A stretch of DNA of 64,000 nucleotides from Clostridia bacterium (GCA_017522765.1 JAFWYG010000005.1:449270-513269), one strand, 5' to 3'; shown: positions 17,405 through 27,753, numbered from the stretch's first letter. Translations and numbers: made by a program. Notes: a model not told the origin generated them from the sequence alone.

Positions 17405-18070
17405 TTATATTATTCCTCTTAAAGTTGTTGGTAAATATTCATCGCATTCTGCTTTTATTTCCTTCATCTTCTCTGATGAATATGGTATCACAGTTTTGTT
17501 GTGATCGAAATAGTTTTGCAAAACATATTTTTTACATCCTACATCTTTTAAATATTTTGCAATATTTACTACATTTTCTGATTTTAAATATTTAGGATAC
17601 ACTGTTGTTCTAAACTCATAATTAATCCCGCTATCTAAAATCAATCCTACAGACTTTTTAATTTTATCAACATCAACTTTTGTAGCTGTTATTTTATCAT
17701 AATTATCAAAGTCGTTTTTTATATCCATTCCTACATAATCTATTTTACCAATAATCTTTTCTAAGATTTCTGGAGTATATCCGTTTGTATGAATTCCAAT
17801 CTTAAAACCATTTTCATATAATACATTTACTATCTTTTCAAAATCTGGATGAATTGTGCATTCGCCACCAGAGATAATAACATGATCAATAAAATCTTTT
17901 CTATCTAGTAATTTTGGTAATATTTCTTCTTCAAAGTTTAATTCTTTTTCTTTTAATAAACCTTTATTGTAACAAAATTCGCAGTCAAAGTTGCAAACTC
18001 CAGTAAATAATGTTGTACAAACATTATCAGGATAATCTATCATACTTGACCAAATTACAGATTTAATCAT
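17405..18070 (-). CDS. nrdG: Anaerobic ribonucleoside-triphosphate reductase activating enzyme (radical SAM)
   Basis: 221 aa with the CNFDCEFCYN radical-SAM cluster motif and GGECT. Confidence 0.85.
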   Translation of the reverse strand: MIKSVIWSSMIDYPDNVCTTLFTGVCNFDCEFCYNKGLLKEKELNFEEEILPKLLDRKDFIDHVIISGGECTIHPDFEKIVNVLYENGFKIGIHTNGYTPEILEKIIGKIDYVGMDIKNDFDNYDKITATKVDVDKIKKSVGLILDSGINYEFRTTVYPKYLKSENVVNIAKYLKDVGCKKYVLQNYFDHNKTVIPYSSEKMKEIKAECDEYLPTTLRGII

Positions 18071-18136
18071 TTGTTCCTCCTAATTTCTGCTTTATATAAC
18101 ATATATCTTCAAGCTATTTCGTCATTCGTTAAAAAA

Positions 18137-18157
18137 AGCGAGCAGTTGATGCTCGCT
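18137..18157 (-). terminator. Intrinsic terminator between the nrdH-like gene and nrdG
   Basis: Stem AGCGAGC/GCTCGCT with a T7 run on the minus strand. Confidence 0.65.
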
Positions 18158-18190
18158 TTTAACTAACCATCTTTCTATTAATGTAACTAA

Positions 18191-18412
18191 TTACATCATT
18201 ACGATATTCTTTAGTTCATCTACATCCCCTGAATAAAGTTTTCCATTAACTTCTACAGCTGGCATTTGTTCAATATCATTAAATACCATTTTTGCTCTAG
18301 CTCCTGGATCTGTATCCACGTTTGCTTCTTCGTATGCTATATGACTGTTTCTCATATAAGCTTTTAGTTCCTCACACATAGGACAATTTGTCATTGTATA
18401 TGCTTTTACCAT
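18191..18412 (-). CDS. Glutaredoxin-like / NrdH-like redoxin
   Basis: 73 aa with the thioredoxin-fold CPMC motif near the N-terminus, adjacent to nrdD. Confidence 0.75.
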   Translation of the reverse strand: MVKAYTMTNCPMCEELKAYMRNSHIAYEEANVDTDPGARAKMVFNDIEQMPAVEVNGKLYSGDVDELKNIVMM

Positions 18413-18441
18413 TTCTAAAATCCCCCTTAAAATTAGTTAGC

Positions 18442-20640
18442 TTAGTTAGCCGCTTTCTCAATTTCTTCTTGTTCTTTTATAACTTGCTCTCTATCAATAT
18501 TTTCTCTTAATCTATCAGCAAGTTCAGCACGTTTACCACTATTGAATTTATCAATAAATACGTAGTAACCAGTGATTCTTGTAACGCCTCTTATATCAAT
18601 GCTTCCGCATTTTGGACATTGATCTAATAATCCGTTACTCTTTGTTCCACATTCATGGCATAATGTATACTCTGGAGATAATACCCATTGTACGCATTTT
18701 GTTTTGTACCATGTTGTTTCAAGTAGTTTGTAAATTGCTTTTGGACTAGGAACATTATTTCCAGACCAAATGTGAATCATACTACCAGCTTCAACTAATG
18801 TATGGAATTTAGATTGTTTTTGTAGTCTTGTTATATAATCAACATCGCTATCTGCAGCAAAGTGAATTGAGTTTGTATAATAAACTCCAAATTGATTCTC
18901 TTTGTGATATGCAGCTTCGCCATATTTCTTAATATCTAATTTAGCAAATCTACCAGCTGTACTTTCAGCAGGAGTTTCTTCTAATTTTAAGTTAATTCCA
19001 TATTTCTTAGATAATACTTTTGTTTGTTGATACATGAATGAAACTATTTCTAATCCTAACATAAATGCTTCATCTGATTCATGAAGTTGTTCACCAATTA
19101 AATTGTAAACACATTCATTAAGTCCAACAATACCTATTAAATAAGAAATATTCTTTAATCTTATATAAGCTTTTCCATCCATACCGTTTGTATAGAAACT
19201 TACTGGAGAATTTTCTAAGCTTGCAAGTTTCCAAACAAAGTTTTGTCTTTGTAAGTTTGCTCTTGCAGCCATCTCCATTCTAGATTCAAGTTCTTTATAG
19301 AAAGCTTCTTTATTTTTACCAACTTTTAATGGTATGTTTGGCATATTGATTGAAACGTTTTGTCCACCTACGAATCTTAATTCTTCTGGTGTATCAATAA
19401 GTTTCTTATCTTCTTCAGAAAAGTCAATTTTCAATCTGCAGCATTGTGAAACTGAAAATGCATTTCTATCAAATATAAAGTATGGGCAACCATTTTTACT
19501 TGCTGAATCACAAGCTACCATTAAAACGGCTTTAGCTTTTGGATCTGTGAAAGATTCTTCGTTGATGTGAAGATTTATCTTAGGGAAAGCAAATGGCATT
19601 CCATCAGCATCTCCTTCTCCAACAACTTCAAGAAGTGCTTTAGCAAATAACATTGATTCTTTTTCATAGTCTTTATATCTTAAAATTCTATATCCTGTTT
19701 CTTCAGAATAAGCTCTAGCTTCATCTTGTGTATCAAAATATTTAATACCATCTAATTCATCAGTAACCATGTATTTACCTCTTGGTCCCATTGCGAATAC
19801 TTCGCGATAGTGATGAGGAACTGATACATATACGTTAAAGTCTGAGAATGCAACTTGTCCACCTCTTGCGCCTGCAAGTTGTGATAAGTCAAATATTAAA
19901 GTTTGAGCTAATTGTTTAATTTCTTTATAAGGCATACCAGCGATTAATGGAGCGAAGAATATATTAATTGCTTCCCAACCAATAGCACCTGCGAATTGTC
20001 CTTGTAAGAATTGTGTAAAAGAACAAATGTGTCTAGCAAGTACTGCTGCACTGTTTGCTGGTTTTGAGTTAGATGGTATTGTAGGAATATTTCTAATACC
20101 ATTCTTTTTTACATATTCAGGAGAGTGTCCAGAACAATAAAATCTGTCAATCATACCTAAATCATGTATGTGAAGCTCACCAGATAAGTGTGCTGCAGAA
20201 ATATCTGAATCAAATACATTTTTAAGTGCGTATTCTTTCAATATTCTTTCAGCAAGTGTCAAGTTAATTGACTCTGGATTATGAGCTGTATTTCCATTTT
20301 CTTTGTTAGCATTTGTTATAATCTCTGTAATATTATAGAAAGGAATTGAAGCTTCTGAATTGTTTTTTAATTCTTTGTTTAGTCCTTTTTCTAATAAAAC
20401 GTTATTAACCATTGATCTAATTAAAGATGTACTAACTTCTGAAAGTTGAGCTTTCATTAATCTTTCTGTAACTGTGCCAGCTATCTCTTTGGCTAAAGTT
20501 TTTTCACAACCTGTTTCTTTAACCAACGCATCAACGATCGCTGATTCATCGTATTCTTGTCTTTCAGTTTTTGTTGCCGACTCAACCATTAGAGCGATAT
20601 CCAATGCGTTGTTTTCTCTTTTTAATTTTATTACGTTCAT
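18442..20640 (-). CDS. nrdD: Anaerobic (class III) ribonucleoside-triphosphate reductase
   Basis: 732 aa with C-terminal Zn site CHECG...CPKCG followed by the glycyl-radical motif TRITGY. Confidence 0.95.
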   Translation of the reverse strand: MNVIKLKRENNALDIALMVESATKTERQEYDESAIVDALVKETGCEKTLAKEIAGTVTERLMKAQLSEVSTSLIRSMVNNVLLEKGLNKELKNNSEASIPFYNITEIITNANKENGNTAHNPESINLTLAERILKEYALKNVFDSDISAAHLSGELHIHDLGMIDRFYCSGHSPEYVKKNGIRNIPTIPSNSKPANSAAVLARHICSFTQFLQGQFAGAIGWEAINIFFAPLIAGMPYKEIKQLAQTLIFDLSQLAGARGGQVAFSDFNVYVSVPHHYREVFAMGPRGKYMVTDELDGIKYFDTQDEARAYSEETGYRILRYKDYEKESMLFAKALLEVVGEGDADGMPFAFPKINLHINEESFTDPKAKAVLMVACDSASKNGCPYFIFDRNAFSVSQCCRLKIDFSEEDKKLIDTPEELRFVGGQNVSINMPNIPLKVGKNKEAFYKELESRMEMAARANLQRQNFVWKLASLENSPVSFYTNGMDGKAYIRLKNISYLIGIVGLNECVYNLIGEQLHESDEAFMLGLEIVSFMYQQTKVLSKKYGINLKLEETPAESTAGRFAKLDIKKYGEAAYHKENQFGVYYTNSIHFAADSDVDYITRLQKQSKFHTLVEAGSMIHIWSGNNVPSPKAIYKLLETTWYKTKCVQWVLSPEYTLCHECGTKSNGLLDQCPKCGSIDIRGVTRITGYYVFIDKFNSGKRAELADRLRENIDREQVIKEQEEIEKAAN

Positions 20641-21083
20641 TTTTATATTACCCCCTTCGTTCTTCTATATGTGTTCTTCTTTTGTAATCGTTAGTTTTTT
20701 CATTAGTATAGACTTCCGAGATAATATTCTTACTACATTATGTCAAGATATTACCTAAAATTTACAAAGACATTTTTAAAATGTCTTTCAAAAACTTTCA
20801 ATTAATATTCTAACCATACTTATTTTTTTTTGCAAGGAGAACATTCAAAATTTTTAGATAAATTTAAAGTAAGGTTTTATGTTCTCTTTCAGTATTTTCA
20901 AGCATTTGCAAACCAAGCAAGTTATTATGTTCAAATCCGTTAACCGATAATTTTCTTATGTGAATGTTGTATGTAAATTGACTTTACTTAATCATTTTCG
21001 AATAAAAAATGTGCCATTCAAATTTTTATTTGAACAACACATTTTAAAAATTATGTACACTTTCAAAAAGAAAAAGTGGAGCT

Positions 21084-21821
21084 TTATTCTCCACTTTTAT
21101 TTCCACTTTCATTATTTATATTTTCAATTATCTCATTCACATTAATTTTATCTCCTGAGCTTTCTCCTGATACATCAGATTGAACAGGTAACTCAGAAAA
21201 TTTAACGCTTTTTATAATTTTATTAATTTCTTTTTCATTATTTTTCAGTAAATCTCTTGTACCAGCAAAAGCAATTGTTATTTCTCTATCTTCCATTGGA
21301 ATCAAGTAAGAAACCATTCCTGGCATTTGGGTTATATCATTGGCAACAGCATAAATTGTAACTTTTGCTGCAAGAATTCCATCAACTTCAACCTCTTCAA
21401 TGTTTGATTCAAGAATTTCTAAATTTTCATTAAATACTCTAAACATTGTTATGTAATTTTTTGATATTTCTTCTAATGTCTTCGTTGTCTTTTCTTTCTT
21501 TATTGCTTCAACTAAAAGTGTTAAGCCAGAATCCGAACTCTTAGCATGGATAACTTTTTCTACAAGAGTTATTGCCAAATCTTCATTTTGTGTTTCTTCT
21601 ACTAATGAAGATGTAATGGTTTGTGAAATTTGTTCTTTATTTGTTACTTCTTCAATTATAGGTTCATACGCCAACGGATATGAAATTGACATTCCATATT
21701 CATCAATTTTAGCTTTCCCATAAATTTTCTTTTCTGTTCCTTCTAACAATTTAGCACCCACACCAATTGCTGTCGCAAGAACTATAAACCAAAACAATAA
21801 TGCAATTTTCTTTTTACGCAT
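21084..21821 (-). CDS. Membrane-anchored exported protein of unknown function with a C-terminal SG[DE]-rich tail
   Basis: 245 aa with an N-terminal TM (IALLFWFIVLATAIGVGA). The terminator hairpin GTGGAG/CTCCAC overlaps the stop codon. Confidence 0.55.
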   Translation of the reverse strand: MRKKKIALLFWFIVLATAIGVGAKLLEGTEKKIYGKAKIDEYGMSISYPLAYEPIIEEVTNKEQISQTITSSLVEETQNEDLAITLVEKVIHAKSSDSGLTLLVEAIKKEKTTKTLEEISKNYITMFRVFNENLEILESNIEEVEVDGILAAKVTIYAVANDITQMPGMVSYLIPMEDREITIAFAGTRDLLKNNEKEINKIIKSVKFSELPVQSDVSGESSGDKINVNEIIENINNESGNKSGE

Positions 21822-21833
21822 TTTAATCGCTCC

Positions 21834-22706
21834 TTATACTGGATTTATATGAACAACCACATCATATATATCTTTCAATTTCATTACTTCTGCCTTTAAC
21901 TTTCCTGCAATCTCATGACTTTCATTTACTGTCATATTTCCATCTACAGAAACTTTTATGATAACTACAAATGATTTTCCAGCAGCTTTTGAAGTTACTT
22001 TATCAACATGATCAATGTTTTCAAAACTTTTTATAATTTCATGTATCTTGTTTAATTCTGTTTCACTCATAGACTTATCTATAAGCACGGCATAACTTTC
22101 TGTAAAAATTCTTGTTGCATCAAACAATATCTTTAAAGCAATACAAATAGCAACTACACCATCTAGCCAATATATGCCTAAATTTGCTGCGAGCACACCT
22201 ACTAAAACTGATGCAGTAACAAGCATATCACTTTTATGGTCACTTGCATTTGCAAGTATTAAAATGTTTTCCGTTTCTTTACCTATTTTAATAGTATGTT
22301 TATATAAGAAAAATTTTGTACATATTGTAATTAAACAAACTATAACTAATCCATATGAAAACTCAAAAATATTGTGTTCTACTAATGATGTTACTCCCTC
22401 AGCAGAAATTTTTATAGCTAAGTAACCCATTATCAAGCTGATAATTAAAGAAAATACATATTCCGCTTTTCCATAACCATAATTATGATTTGCATCAGAA
22501 TTATTTCCAGAGATTTTTCCTCCAACAAAAGTCATAAGCGAAGATAATATATCCGTTGCACTGTTAATACTATCAGCTAGCATTGATTGGCTTTTGGTTA
22601 TCAAAGAAATTACTATTTTTATAATAAACAAAAATAGATTTCCAACCATTCCTATGATACCAATCTTTTTAGTCTGCTTACTTCGTCCACTTATTTCGGT
22701 AGTCAA
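21834..22706 (-). CDS. Cation diffusion facilitator (CDF) family transporter
   Basis: 290 aa with 6 TM, the motif DSINSATDILSS and a C-terminal cytoplasmic domain. Confidence 0.8.
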   Translation of the reverse strand: MTTEISGRSKQTKKIGIIGMVGNLFLFIIKIVISLITKSQSMLADSINSATDILSSLMTFVGGKISGNNSDANHNYGYGKAEYVFSLIISLIMGYLAIKISAEGVTSLVEHNIFEFSYGLVIVCLITICTKFFLYKHTIKIGKETENILILANASDHKSDMLVTASVLVGVLAANLGIYWLDGVVAICIALKILFDATRIFTESYAVLIDKSMSETELNKIHEIIKSFENIDHVDKVTSKAAGKSFVVIIKVSVDGNMTVNESHEIAGKLKAEVMKLKDIYDVVVHINPV

Positions 22707-22726
22707 ATTAGCACCTTCTCCTTAAA

Positions 22727-23641
22727 TTATTTTAAAAATCCTTTTATTATTTCATCTTCTGCCTCTTTAGCAGTTAAACCTAATGTCATAAGTTTTGTTA
22801 ATTGTTCTCCGGCTATCTTTCCGATTGCAGCCTCGTGAGTTAAGTTTGCATCCACATTATTAGCTGTTACTTCTGGTGTAGATTTAACACACGCATTGTC
22901 TTTAATAATTGCATCACATTCAACATGAGCAAAGCATTTTGAATCACCTTGTACTTTTGAAATAAATTCTTGTTTTGAATTTTCTGTAGCAACAGATCTT
23001 GATGTCACATGAGTACTTGAATTTTCACCTTTTAGTTCAACATCAAATAATGTTTTAGCAAATTGGTTTCCATGCGTCATTATTTTTTCAGAAATAACTA
23101 AGTTTGTATTATCTTCTAAAACCGCTTTAGTAATTCTGTCTGTTGAATCAACACCTTTGATTTGTACAGAATCCATCTCTAAAGTACTACCATTTTTTAA
23201 ATATACCTCTGTTACTGGATTTAAAATTTTCTTTCCTTCACCATCGCCCTCACCATAATGTTTTTCAATATATTTTACGTAAGCGCCTTCTTCAAGAAAG
23301 AATCTGTGAATCCCATTATGTTCCGAATCTTTGTGATGGTCGTTATGAATTCCGCATCCAGCCATGATATAAACCTTTGCATTTTTACCTATATAAAAAT
23401 CATTGTATACAACATCTTTTAGACCACTTTCTGTGATAATTACAGGAATGTGAATAAATTCATTTTTAGTGTCTTCTTTTACATAGATATCAATACCAGC
23501 TTTATCTTCTTTTGATACGATATTTACATTTTCAGTAACTTTCTTTTCAACACCTTGACCATCTTTTCTAATATTATATGCACCTTCAAAAGTATCGGTA
23601 CCAGTTACCTGTTTTAATAGTTCTTTATCTACATTATCCAT
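22727..23641 (-). CDS. SufB/SufD family Fe-S cluster assembly protein
   Basis: I chose the ATG at 23641 (MDNVDKELLK) because it follows GGAGG and overlaps the sufC stop by 8 nt. The beta-helix SufBD family C-terminus (HEAAIGKIAGEQL) is present. Confidence 0.75.
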   Translation of the reverse strand: MDNVDKELLKQVTGTDTFEGAYNIRKDGQGVEKKVTENVNIVSKEDKAGIDIYVKEDTKNEFIHIPVIITESGLKDVVYNDFYIGKNAKVYIMAGCGIHNDHHKDSEHNGIHRFFLEEGAYVKYIEKHYGEGDGEGKKILNPVTEVYLKNGSTLEMDSVQIKGVDSTDRITKAVLEDNTNLVISEKIMTHGNQFAKTLFDVELKGENSSTHVTSRSVATENSKQEFISKVQGDSKCFAHVECDAIIKDNACVKSTPEVTANNVDANLTHEAAIGKIAGEQLTKLMTLGLTAKEAEDEIIKGFLK

Positions 23642-24353
23642 TCTTTCTACCTCCAGATAATTTACAACATTGCTTGTCCACATATACAGTGTTTAAATCA
23701 TCTTTATCTGCAACCTCTGCAACTTCGCCATCTTTTAAAAGAACAATCATATCCGCGATATCAATAATTCTTTCTTGATGCGAAATTATAAGAGTTGTGC
23801 TGTTTGTATTTTTTTCTCTTAAATCTTTAAACAAATCAATTAAATTTGAAAAACTCCATAAATCTATTCCAGCTTCTGGTTCATCAAAGATAATTAATTT
23901 ATTTTGTCTAATTGCAACAGTTGCAATCTCGATTCTTTTTAATTCTCCTCCAGAAAGTGAAGAATTAACTTCTCTGTCTATATATTCTTTTGCACAAAGA
24001 CCAACAGCAGATAAAATCTCGCATGCCTCAGCTTTATTTACAGCTTTACCGGCAGAAAGTCTAATCAAATCGTAGACTGTTAATCCTTTAAATTTAACAA
24101 CTTGTTGAAAAGCAAAACCAATTCCTCTTCTTGCTCTTTCATCTATAGACATTTTAGTAATATCTTCACCATCTAGTAAGATTGTACCTGTATCTGGATT
24201 TTCTATTCCCATGATGACTTTTGCTAAAGTAGATTTACCAGAACCGTTAGGACCTGTAACTACTACAAATTTGTCGTCAGGAATAACTAAATTTATATCT
24301 TTTAATATATGTTTATTGTCTCTAGTAAAATTAACGTTTTTTAACTCTAACAT
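23634..24353 (-). CDS. sufC: Fe-S cluster assembly ATPase SufC
   Basis: Motifs are Walker A GPNGSGKST, signature LSGGELKR and Walker B IIFDEPEAG. The ATG at 24353 is preceded by GGAGG. The ORF could alternatively start at 24365. Confidence 0.85.
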   Translation of the reverse strand: MLELKNVNFTRDNKHILKDINLVIPDDKFVVVTGPNGSGKSTLAKVIMGIENPDTGTILLDGEDITKMSIDERARRGIGFAFQQVVKFKGLTVYDLIRLSAGKAVNKAEACEILSAVGLCAKEYIDREVNSSLSGGELKRIEIATVAIRQNKLIIFDEPEAGIDLWSFSNLIDLFKDLREKNTNSTTLIISHQERIIDIADMIVLLKDGEVAEVADKDDLNTVYVDKQCCKLSGGRKNG

Positions 24354-24416
24354 TTTTTCCTCCATCTAGTTTAAGTCAGTTACATATTTTATCATATATT
24401 TTGTCAAAATACACTA

Positions 24417-24440
24417 TAAATTTATACAATTGTATAAATT
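24417..24440. promoter_or_regulatory. Perfect 24-bp palindrome between the sigK stop and the sufC promoter region
   Basis: AAATTTATACAA/TTGTATAAATTT is exactly self-complementary. Confidence 0.35.
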
Positions 24441-24446
24441 TTCCAA

Positions 24447-25142
24447 TCAGTCGTTTTCACCTTTAAATTCTTGGTTTAACTTCTGTATAGCTTTTGTCTC
24501 AATTCTTGAAACATAGGAACGTGAAATCCCCAGTTCTTCGGCTATTTCGTTTTGTGTTTTTACATCTCTACCATTAAGTCCAAACCTTAATTCAATTATT
24601 AACTTTTCTCTATCTTTTAACACCGCACCAATCCTTTTATACAGCGATTTTATTTTCATTTTCAAATCTAATTCATCTTCAACTGGCAAGTTTTCGCTCT
24701 CAATTATATCTATAAAAGTTATCTCATTTCCTTCTTTATCATGCCCCAAAGGGTCATTAAGGGATATTTCTTGAGATATCTTTTTAGTGCTTCTAAGATA
24801 CATCAATATTTCATTTTCTATACATCTAGCGGCATACGTAGCAAGTTTTACACCTTTTCCTCCTTTATAGCTATTTATAGCCTTTATAAGCCCTATAGTT
24901 CCTATTGAGATTAAGTCATCTTGTTCCACATATGGACTTGTATATTTTTTCGAAATATGCGCCACTAAACGCAAGTTTCTTTCTATCAAAACTTTTTTTG
25001 CTTCTTCATCATTTTCTTCCAAATAACTTTTTAAGTATATCTCTTCTTCCTCTGGTTTCAGTGCTTCAGGAAACAAATTATAACTTGTAACATATCCCAC
25101 CAAAAACAAAAAATCTTTTACCACAGTAAATAATGGCATCAT
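24447..25142 (-). CDS. sigK: Sporulation sigma factor SigK (pro-sigma-K), uninterrupted
   Basis: 231 aa with an N-terminal pro-sequence. Motifs are LIERNLRLVAHISKKY, DLISIGTIGLIKAINSYKGGKGVKLATYAARCIENEILM and DPLGHDKEGNEITFID, which match the SigK pattern better than SigE or SigG. Confidence 0.8.
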   Translation of the reverse strand: MMPLFTVVKDFLFLVGYVTSYNLFPEALKPEEEEIYLKSYLEENDEEAKKVLIERNLRLVAHISKKYTSPYVEQDDLISIGTIGLIKAINSYKGGKGVKLATYAARCIENEILMYLRSTKKISQEISLNDPLGHDKEGNEITFIDIIESENLPVEDELDLKMKIKSLYKRIGAVLKDREKLIIELRFGLNGRDVKTQNEIAEELGISRSYVSRIETKAIQKLNQEFKGEND

Positions 25143-25277
25143 ATTTCATCACACCTCTCTTTAACGCTATAAATATATTCAAAGTTTGCCTGTCAGGTGC
25201 ATGTATATAATTGAAAAATGGCAACATTCATGCTATAATCACACTGTTCATATCATTAGGAAAAGGACGTGAAACAA

Positions 25278-26960
25278 ATGGCATTCGATGGAATTACCAC
25301 ACGAATATTAGTAAATGAATTTAATAAAACATTAATCGGCAGTCGTGTCGAAAAAATATATGTACCGTCAAAAAACGAATTGTGGTTATTGCTTCATACA
25401 CCAGATAGAAAAAGTGTAAAGCTTTTAATCTCTGTAGACGCAAATAATTGCAGATTTCATTTAAGCAATGAATCTAGAAATAATCCAGAACAAGCTCCAC
25501 AATTTTGTATGATTCTTAGAAAATATTTAGCTGGTGGTCGTCTTACAAAAGTAACGCAAGTCGGGTTAGATAGAATTGTTAAATTTTCATTTGAAAACAT
25601 TAACGATTTTGGAGATTTAACAACTAAAGATCTTGTTGTTGAACTTATGGGAAAATACAGTAATATAATTTTGGTTGATGAAGAAAAAATTATTGATTCT
25701 ATAAGACATGTAGACATTACGATGAGTTCTGTTCGTGAAGTATTACCTACAAGAAAATATGTACTTCCTACATCTCTTGGAAAAAGCAATTTTGAAGATA
25801 CAACAATTGATGAATTCAAAAATACTTTGTTAAAGGCTTCACAGGAATCTGAATTTGAAGAAATTAGTTTGGCAAATCTTATTTCAAATAATTACATTGG
25901 ATTCAGTAAAAGTTTTATTACATCAATTTGTGCAAGAAATAATATCTCAACCGAAATAACAAAGTCTAATTTAGATGCTTCTGTTTTCGAAAAGATTTAC
26001 AACGGCATCAAAGACATATTGAACGCAACTGATATATCTTTTAAACTAACAGAAAACAAAAAAGATTATTACCCAATCTTAGAAAAAACTGATAATGAAA
26101 CATCCATTTTCTTAGACGAATTTTATTCTCAAAAAGAAAATGCTTCACTACTTAAATCTGCGAAGCAAAATATTATTAGAGATGTTAATTCTCACATTTC
26201 AAAAACATCCAAAAAATTAGATGTGGTTTTAAAGACATTAGAAGAAGAACCAAATTTAGAAAAATATAAACAATACGGTGAGCTTATAAATTGTAACATG
26301 TATCGCATGGAAATCGGTTTAGAAAACATAGAAGTAGAAAACTTTTATGATGATAACAAGTTAGTTAAAATTCCATTACAAAAAAATCTAACACCATCAA
26401 GAAATTCTGCTCTATATTTTAAGAAATATAATAAGTTGAAAAATTCTTTACTACATTCAAAAGAATACAAAAAGATTTACGAAGATGAAATTACATATTT
26501 AAATTCCGTATTATTTGAAATTGATGATGCAGAAACTATATTTGAATTAGATGAAATTCATGATGAGCTTGCAGCTCTTGGGTATGTTAAAAAGAAAGTA
26601 AAAAAAGGAAAGAAAAAAGACTTGCCATCTGAACCTATAGCTTATGACTATAATGGAGTTAGAATTTTAGTTGGTAGAAATAATATTCAAAATGATAAAC
26701 TTACTTTAAAACAAGCAAGAAAAAATTACACATGGTTACACACAAAAAACATTCACGGAAGCCATGTAATTATTGAAACAGAAAATCCAACCGATGAAGT
26801 TTTATATTATGCGGCAACACTTGCAAAAAAACACAGCAAAGCAAAAGATTCTTCAAAAGTTGAAGTCGACTATACATTAGTAAAATATGTACATAAAGAA
26901 TCTGGAGCAAAACCAGGAATGGTTGTTTATACAGATTATCAAACAATTATAGTTGAATAA
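25278..26960 (+). CDS. rqcH: Ribosome quality control factor RqcH (NFACT / FbpA family)
   Basis: The start at MAFDGIT is typical of the family. The ORF also opens at a GTG at 25269. The NFACT-N, coiled-coil and NFACT-R domains are recognisable (GSHVII). Confidence 0.8.
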   Translation: MAFDGITTRILVNEFNKTLIGSRVEKIYVPSKNELWLLLHTPDRKSVKLLISVDANNCRFHLSNESRNNPEQAPQFCMILRKYLAGGRLTKVTQVGLDRIVKFSFENINDFGDLTTKDLVVELMGKYSNIILVDEEKIIDSIRHVDITMSSVREVLPTRKYVLPTSLGKSNFEDTTIDEFKNTLLKASQESEFEEISLANLISNNYIGFSKSFITSICARNNISTEITKSNLDASVFEKIYNGIKDILNATDISFKLTENKKDYYPILEKTDNETSIFLDEFYSQKENASLLKSAKQNIIRDVNSHISKTSKKLDVVLKTLEEEPNLEKYKQYGELINCNMYRMEIGLENIEVENFYDDNKLVKIPLQKNLTPSRNSALYFKKYNKLKNSLLHSKEYKKIYEDEITYLNSVLFEIDDAETIFELDEIHDELAALGYVKKKVKKGKKKDLPSEPIAYDYNGVRILVGRNNIQNDKLTLKQARKNYTWLHTKNIHGSHVIIETENPTDEVLYYAATLAKKHSKAKDSSKVEVDYTLVKYVHKESGAKPGMVVYTDYQTIIVE

Positions 26961-27001
26961 ATAAAAAGCTGAACAGATTATTGATCCGTTCAGCTTTTAT
27001 T

Positions 27002-27745
27002 TTATATTTTTTCTTTAGGTAAGGTTTTGCGTAAGATTAATATATATATAATTATTACAATCAGATTTATTACAGATATTGTAATTAGCTTTTGATTTGT
27101 CATCGCAGCTTCGTTCGCAAATATATTAATCACATTATTCACTATATGAGCCATAATACAAGGAAGTAAGGTTCCACCTCTATGAAACATAATCACAAAT
27201 AAAAAGCCACAAGCCATAGCACCTACTATTTGGCACATGTTCGCAACTAATCCCATCCCACTTCCATTAAATAAATTTAATATGTGACCAACGCCAAAAG
27301 TTATGCTCGATATTATCATTGCCATTTTTATATTATCTTTTGCTAACGCTTTAAAAAGAAAACCTCTAAATATAATTTCTTCTAAAAATCCAACACCAAT
27401 CATGTTTAAGATATAACAAACTATATCTATTATTGGCAAATTAATTGTAACTCCTAACCACACATTATGTGATACAAAGACAAGCAATGGAATGTACCAC
27501 AAAAAACTCGATGAAGGCACTTCACTTTTACACAAACCATATTTCTTAGACAATTCATTTTTTCTAATCCATATCAATATTACAATTGTTAAAGCCGCAT
27601 TTATAATAAAAGTAATTGAACTATTTACTCCAATTAAATCCGATAAAATATTTCCAATCGAATTTAATACGCAATATGTAATTATCCAAAGTAAAGCAAA
27701 AGATAACTCGCTTTTTTTATATATTTTATTTAACACTTTATACAT
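27002..27745 (-). CDS. CPBP family intramembrane glutamic endopeptidase (CAAX protease-like)
   Basis: 247 aa, polytopic, with motifs EEIIFRGF, FGVGH and HIVNN. Confidence 0.8.
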   Translation of the reverse strand: MYKVLNKIYKKSELSFALLWIITYCVLNSIGNILSDLIGVNSSITFIINAALTIVILIWIRKNELSKKYGLCKSEVPSSSFLWYIPLLVFVSHNVWLGVTINLPIIDIVCYILNMIGVGFLEEIIFRGFLFKALAKDNIKMAMIISSITFGVGHILNLFNGSGMGLVANMCQIVGAMACGFLFVIMFHRGGTLLPCIMAHIVNNVINIFANEAAMTNQKLITISVINLIVIIIYILILRKTLPKEKI

Positions 27746-27753
27746 TTCCCCTC

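Noticed and set aside
17024-17422. 132-aa plus-strand ORF next to the tRNA cluster
   Set aside because: It overlaps the FTR-like gene on the opposite strand, which has a conserved Cys pattern and an RBS. It has no RBS of its own.
20641-21083. NrdR boxes or a cobalamin riboswitch in the 440-bp region upstream of nrdD
   Set aside because: Partial matches (for example TATATGTGTT at about 20668, ACATTATGT at about 20737) do not fit the 16-bp NrdR palindrome on both halves, and no properly spaced pair was found. No B12-box-like element was seen either. The region remains unexplained.
24447-25142. skin-like intervening element in sigK
   Set aside because: The ORF is continuous from the pro-sequence to region 4.2, and no recombinase gene is nearby.
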